A model generated the notes under the pieces. The model searched no databases. It saw only the letters and a program-made list of their open reading frames with translations, and was not told the origin of the DNA. The position numbers and the translations under genes are program-made. Below, piece by piece: positions 62,132 through 64,000 of a stretch of DNA of 64,000 nt; the stretch's first letter is position 1, and every line of letters starts with the position of its first letter. The stretch is taken from the IMG/VR virus record IMGVR_UViG_3300042541_001760, positions 124,001 to 188,000 of that record; one strand, written 5' to 3'.

Positions 62132-63175
62132 ATGAATTTAGATAAAATGATTCAGAATTTTAATAATGGTGATGATGAATTCTTGTTGTTATTTGGTACT
62201 AAGCATGACGAAATAATACATAGATTCTTATCACTAGTTAAACATAAGGGTAAATTAGACCAAATTTTGTGGAAAGATAATGATAATTTAGAGTATGGGG
62301 TTAATAACGTACTACATTTTTTATTTAAAGAACCTGAATATAGAGAGAAGATAATTGATAACGCTATTGATTATTATAGTCGTGATGTGACTAAAGTTGG
62401 TGATATAATTTATTTAAATTTTAATGATATTCGTGATTTGTCTGATTTTTTTTGTAATGAAGAATTCAGAAGAGGAGAGATGACTAGTGGTGAAATAGCG
62501 AACTCCGTTTTATCTGATGATTTTTGGGAGCCTTATGATGACACGGTTAATGATTTATACGATGATGTCATTGAGGAATTGAGTCCTGAAAATCTTGATA
62601 AATTAGGTAATATATTATTAAGACAAATTGGTAATACAAAAATAGAATCTGATGATGACGATTTAATATCAACTATTGCCGATGAACAAGGTCATCCCGA
62701 ATATGTTATATTGGAAAAAGATGATATTACCAGAATATTAAAAGACAAATCGGCAACCAAAACGCTTTTTAGAAATGGTTATGTTGAAGGTGATTTAGAA
62801 ACCGATTTGTATAATCTTCACGGAAATGCTTATAATGGTGCTTATATTAATGAGTTATATAAAATGGTTTGGAATGCTCTTGGGGACTTATTTGGAAAAG
62901 GTGAATATGTTAAAGATGAAAATTCAAGAAGTAAAAACGAATATAGATTTGACATTACAGAATTATTTCCTTTAGTTATTGGTGATTTTATTGAATCTAA
63001 GATGGGTTATAGTGATAATATACAAAATTATTGGAGTTTTAATTCATTAGTAAATGAACTATTTAATTATAGTAGCAAATATGAATGTCTGAAATTAGGT
63101 AGAATACCTGATTACCCTGACCACATTGATGTTAGGAACAACTTAAACTCATCATTTGATGATTACATATACTAA
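62132..63175 (+). CDS. Acidic hypothetical protein
   Basis: ORF 347 aa with TATTTATA upstream; loosely similar to the C-terminal part of 4433-6013. Confidence 0.6.
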   Translation: MNLDKMIQNFNNGDDEFLLLFGTKHDEIIHRFLSLVKHKGKLDQILWKDNDNLEYGVNNVLHFLFKEPEYREKIIDNAIDYYSRDVTKVGDIIYLNFNDIRDLSDFFCNEEFRRGEMTSGEIANSVLSDDFWEPYDDTVNDLYDDVIEELSPENLDKLGNILLRQIGNTKIESDDDDLISTIADEQGHPEYVILEKDDITRILKDKSATKTLFRNGYVEGDLETDLYNLHGNAYNGAYINELYKMVWNALGDLFGKGEYVKDENSRSKNEYRFDITELFPLVIGDFIESKMGYSDNIQNYWSFNSLVNELFNYSSKYECLKLGRIPDYPDHIDVRNNLNSSFDDYIY

Positions 63176-63447
63176 GGATTAACTTTCCCGCAAATATTAA
63201 TTATTAATGACTCTTCTTCTGATGAAAGTTTATATCTATTATTAATTAAAGACATAACTTTCATATTAAAGTCCTCATCAGATTCTTTTGAAACTACATT
63301 GGATAACTTACTTGTTACGTTTGAGTTTTTTAAACACTCCATAATTACTTTATGATCCATATCATCCATTAATGATTCTAGCATTTCTCTTTTCTCTGAA
63401 CGAGTCATACCGTATAACATTTCGTCAACACTTATATCAATATCCAT
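63172..63447 (-). CDS. Hypothetical protein
   Basis: ORF 91 aa. Confidence 0.55.
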   Translation of the reverse strand: MDIDISVDEMLYGMTRSEKREMLESLMDDMDHKVIMECLKNSNVTSKLSNVVSKESDEDFNMKVMSLINNRYKLSSEEESLIINICGKVNP

Positions 63448-63545
63448 ATTTTAGTTTTTAGTTAAACATATAAAATTATAGTTTTATTGTCAAATACTAT
63501 TTATCCCTAATTTTATTTTATCTATTAATTATCAAAACAATAGAT

Positions 63546-64000
63546 ATGAAATATATTAATTTAAATTCAAAAAAAGGTTTAGTAAATTTATTCGCCGATT
63601 ACATAGTTAAAGAGTTTAGTCACAATACTATGATACAAGTTTCAGATTGTGGGGCATTCTTCTTAGTCAAAGGTAAAACAGATAAAGAAGAGTATGTTGA
63701 TTTAAACGAAATAAAGAAAACATTCTTAAGTGACAATAAAAACAATTATCAATTTTTAGGTTTAGAGAATATTAATATCATTGATATTATTGAGTATGAT
63801 ACTGAAATCCTACCTAAAGATAGATGGCATTCGTTTTATCCCACTGAGAGACCTATATACACTCAATCTGTTATAGATAGACACGAAGACCTGATTAACA
63901 CAATAAACTCGTTAAATGAGGTTAATGGTAGGTCTGTTATTGAATCTGAGGAGGAGGTTATCGGTTTTGATTATTATGAATACCCATCTATGATTATAAC
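63546..64000 (+). CDS. Partial ORF, possibly a degenerate MetK-like N-terminal domain
   Basis: Open to the window end; NLFADYI...QV...FFLVKG...YVDLNEI loosely parallels the MetK N-domain but lacks GHPD. Confidence 0.35.
   Translation, partial: MKYINLNSKKGLVNLFADYIVKEFSHNTMIQVSDCGAFFLVKGKTDKEEYVDLNEIKKTFLSDNKNNYQFLGLENINIIDIIEYDTEILPKDRWHSFYPTERPIYTQSVIDRHEDLINTINSLNEVNGRSVIESEEEVIGFDYYEYPSMII

Noticed and set aside
1-64000. Stop-codon recoding (TAG/TGA), as in some large Bacteroidota phages
   Set aside because: Known enzymes are full length in code 11, and TAG terminates genes exactly at neighbouring features (470, 24070)
1-64000. CRISPR array or diversity-generating retroelement explaining the repeats
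   Set aside because: Repeats are coding 5' blocks with ~340 bp gene-length spacing; no cas or reverse transcriptase gene and no TR/VR pair with A-specific mismatches seen

Overview
AT-rich, densely coding, mostly minus-strand 64 kb segment of a large (jumbo/huge-type) dsDNA bacteriophage in the standard genetic code. The host is most likely Bacteroidota: TTTG-N18-20-TAnnTTTG promoters are present, Shine-Dalgarno sites are not evident, and there are Bacteroidota-like lipoproteins and SmpB. No core capsid, terminase or polymerase genes are in the window; it is largely accessory. Recognisable genes include an endonuclease V-like glycosylase, a GH24 lysozyme, an FKBP/SlyD PPIase, DUF932, ThyA, SmpB, an anticodon-less class II aaRS/AsnA-like enzyme, a ferritin-like protein, DoxX, NUDIX, DUF192, a DHH-like protein, three orphan DNA methyltransferases and an HNH nuclease. 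Four things stand out. (1) About 20 unrelated proteins share a TATTTAT(A) promoter-like motif and/or a short basic N-terminal leader ending in [ILV]-x-E. This resembles a capsid-targeting, prohead-protease-cleaved tag on envelope-attacking cargo, some with annexin-like repeats. (2) Three tRNA-like RNAs keep the acceptor, D and T arms but have shortened or greatly expanded anticodon regions; two are fused directly behind ORFs in a repeated promoter-ORF-tRNA-like unit. (3) There are tandem paralog arrays (MDIQVN x8, KQTAVEWL x4). (4) A low-coding 19.5-21.9 kb region holds a strong G-quadruplex motif, palindromes and iteron-like motifs. All family assignments are by eye from motifs; no database searches were run.
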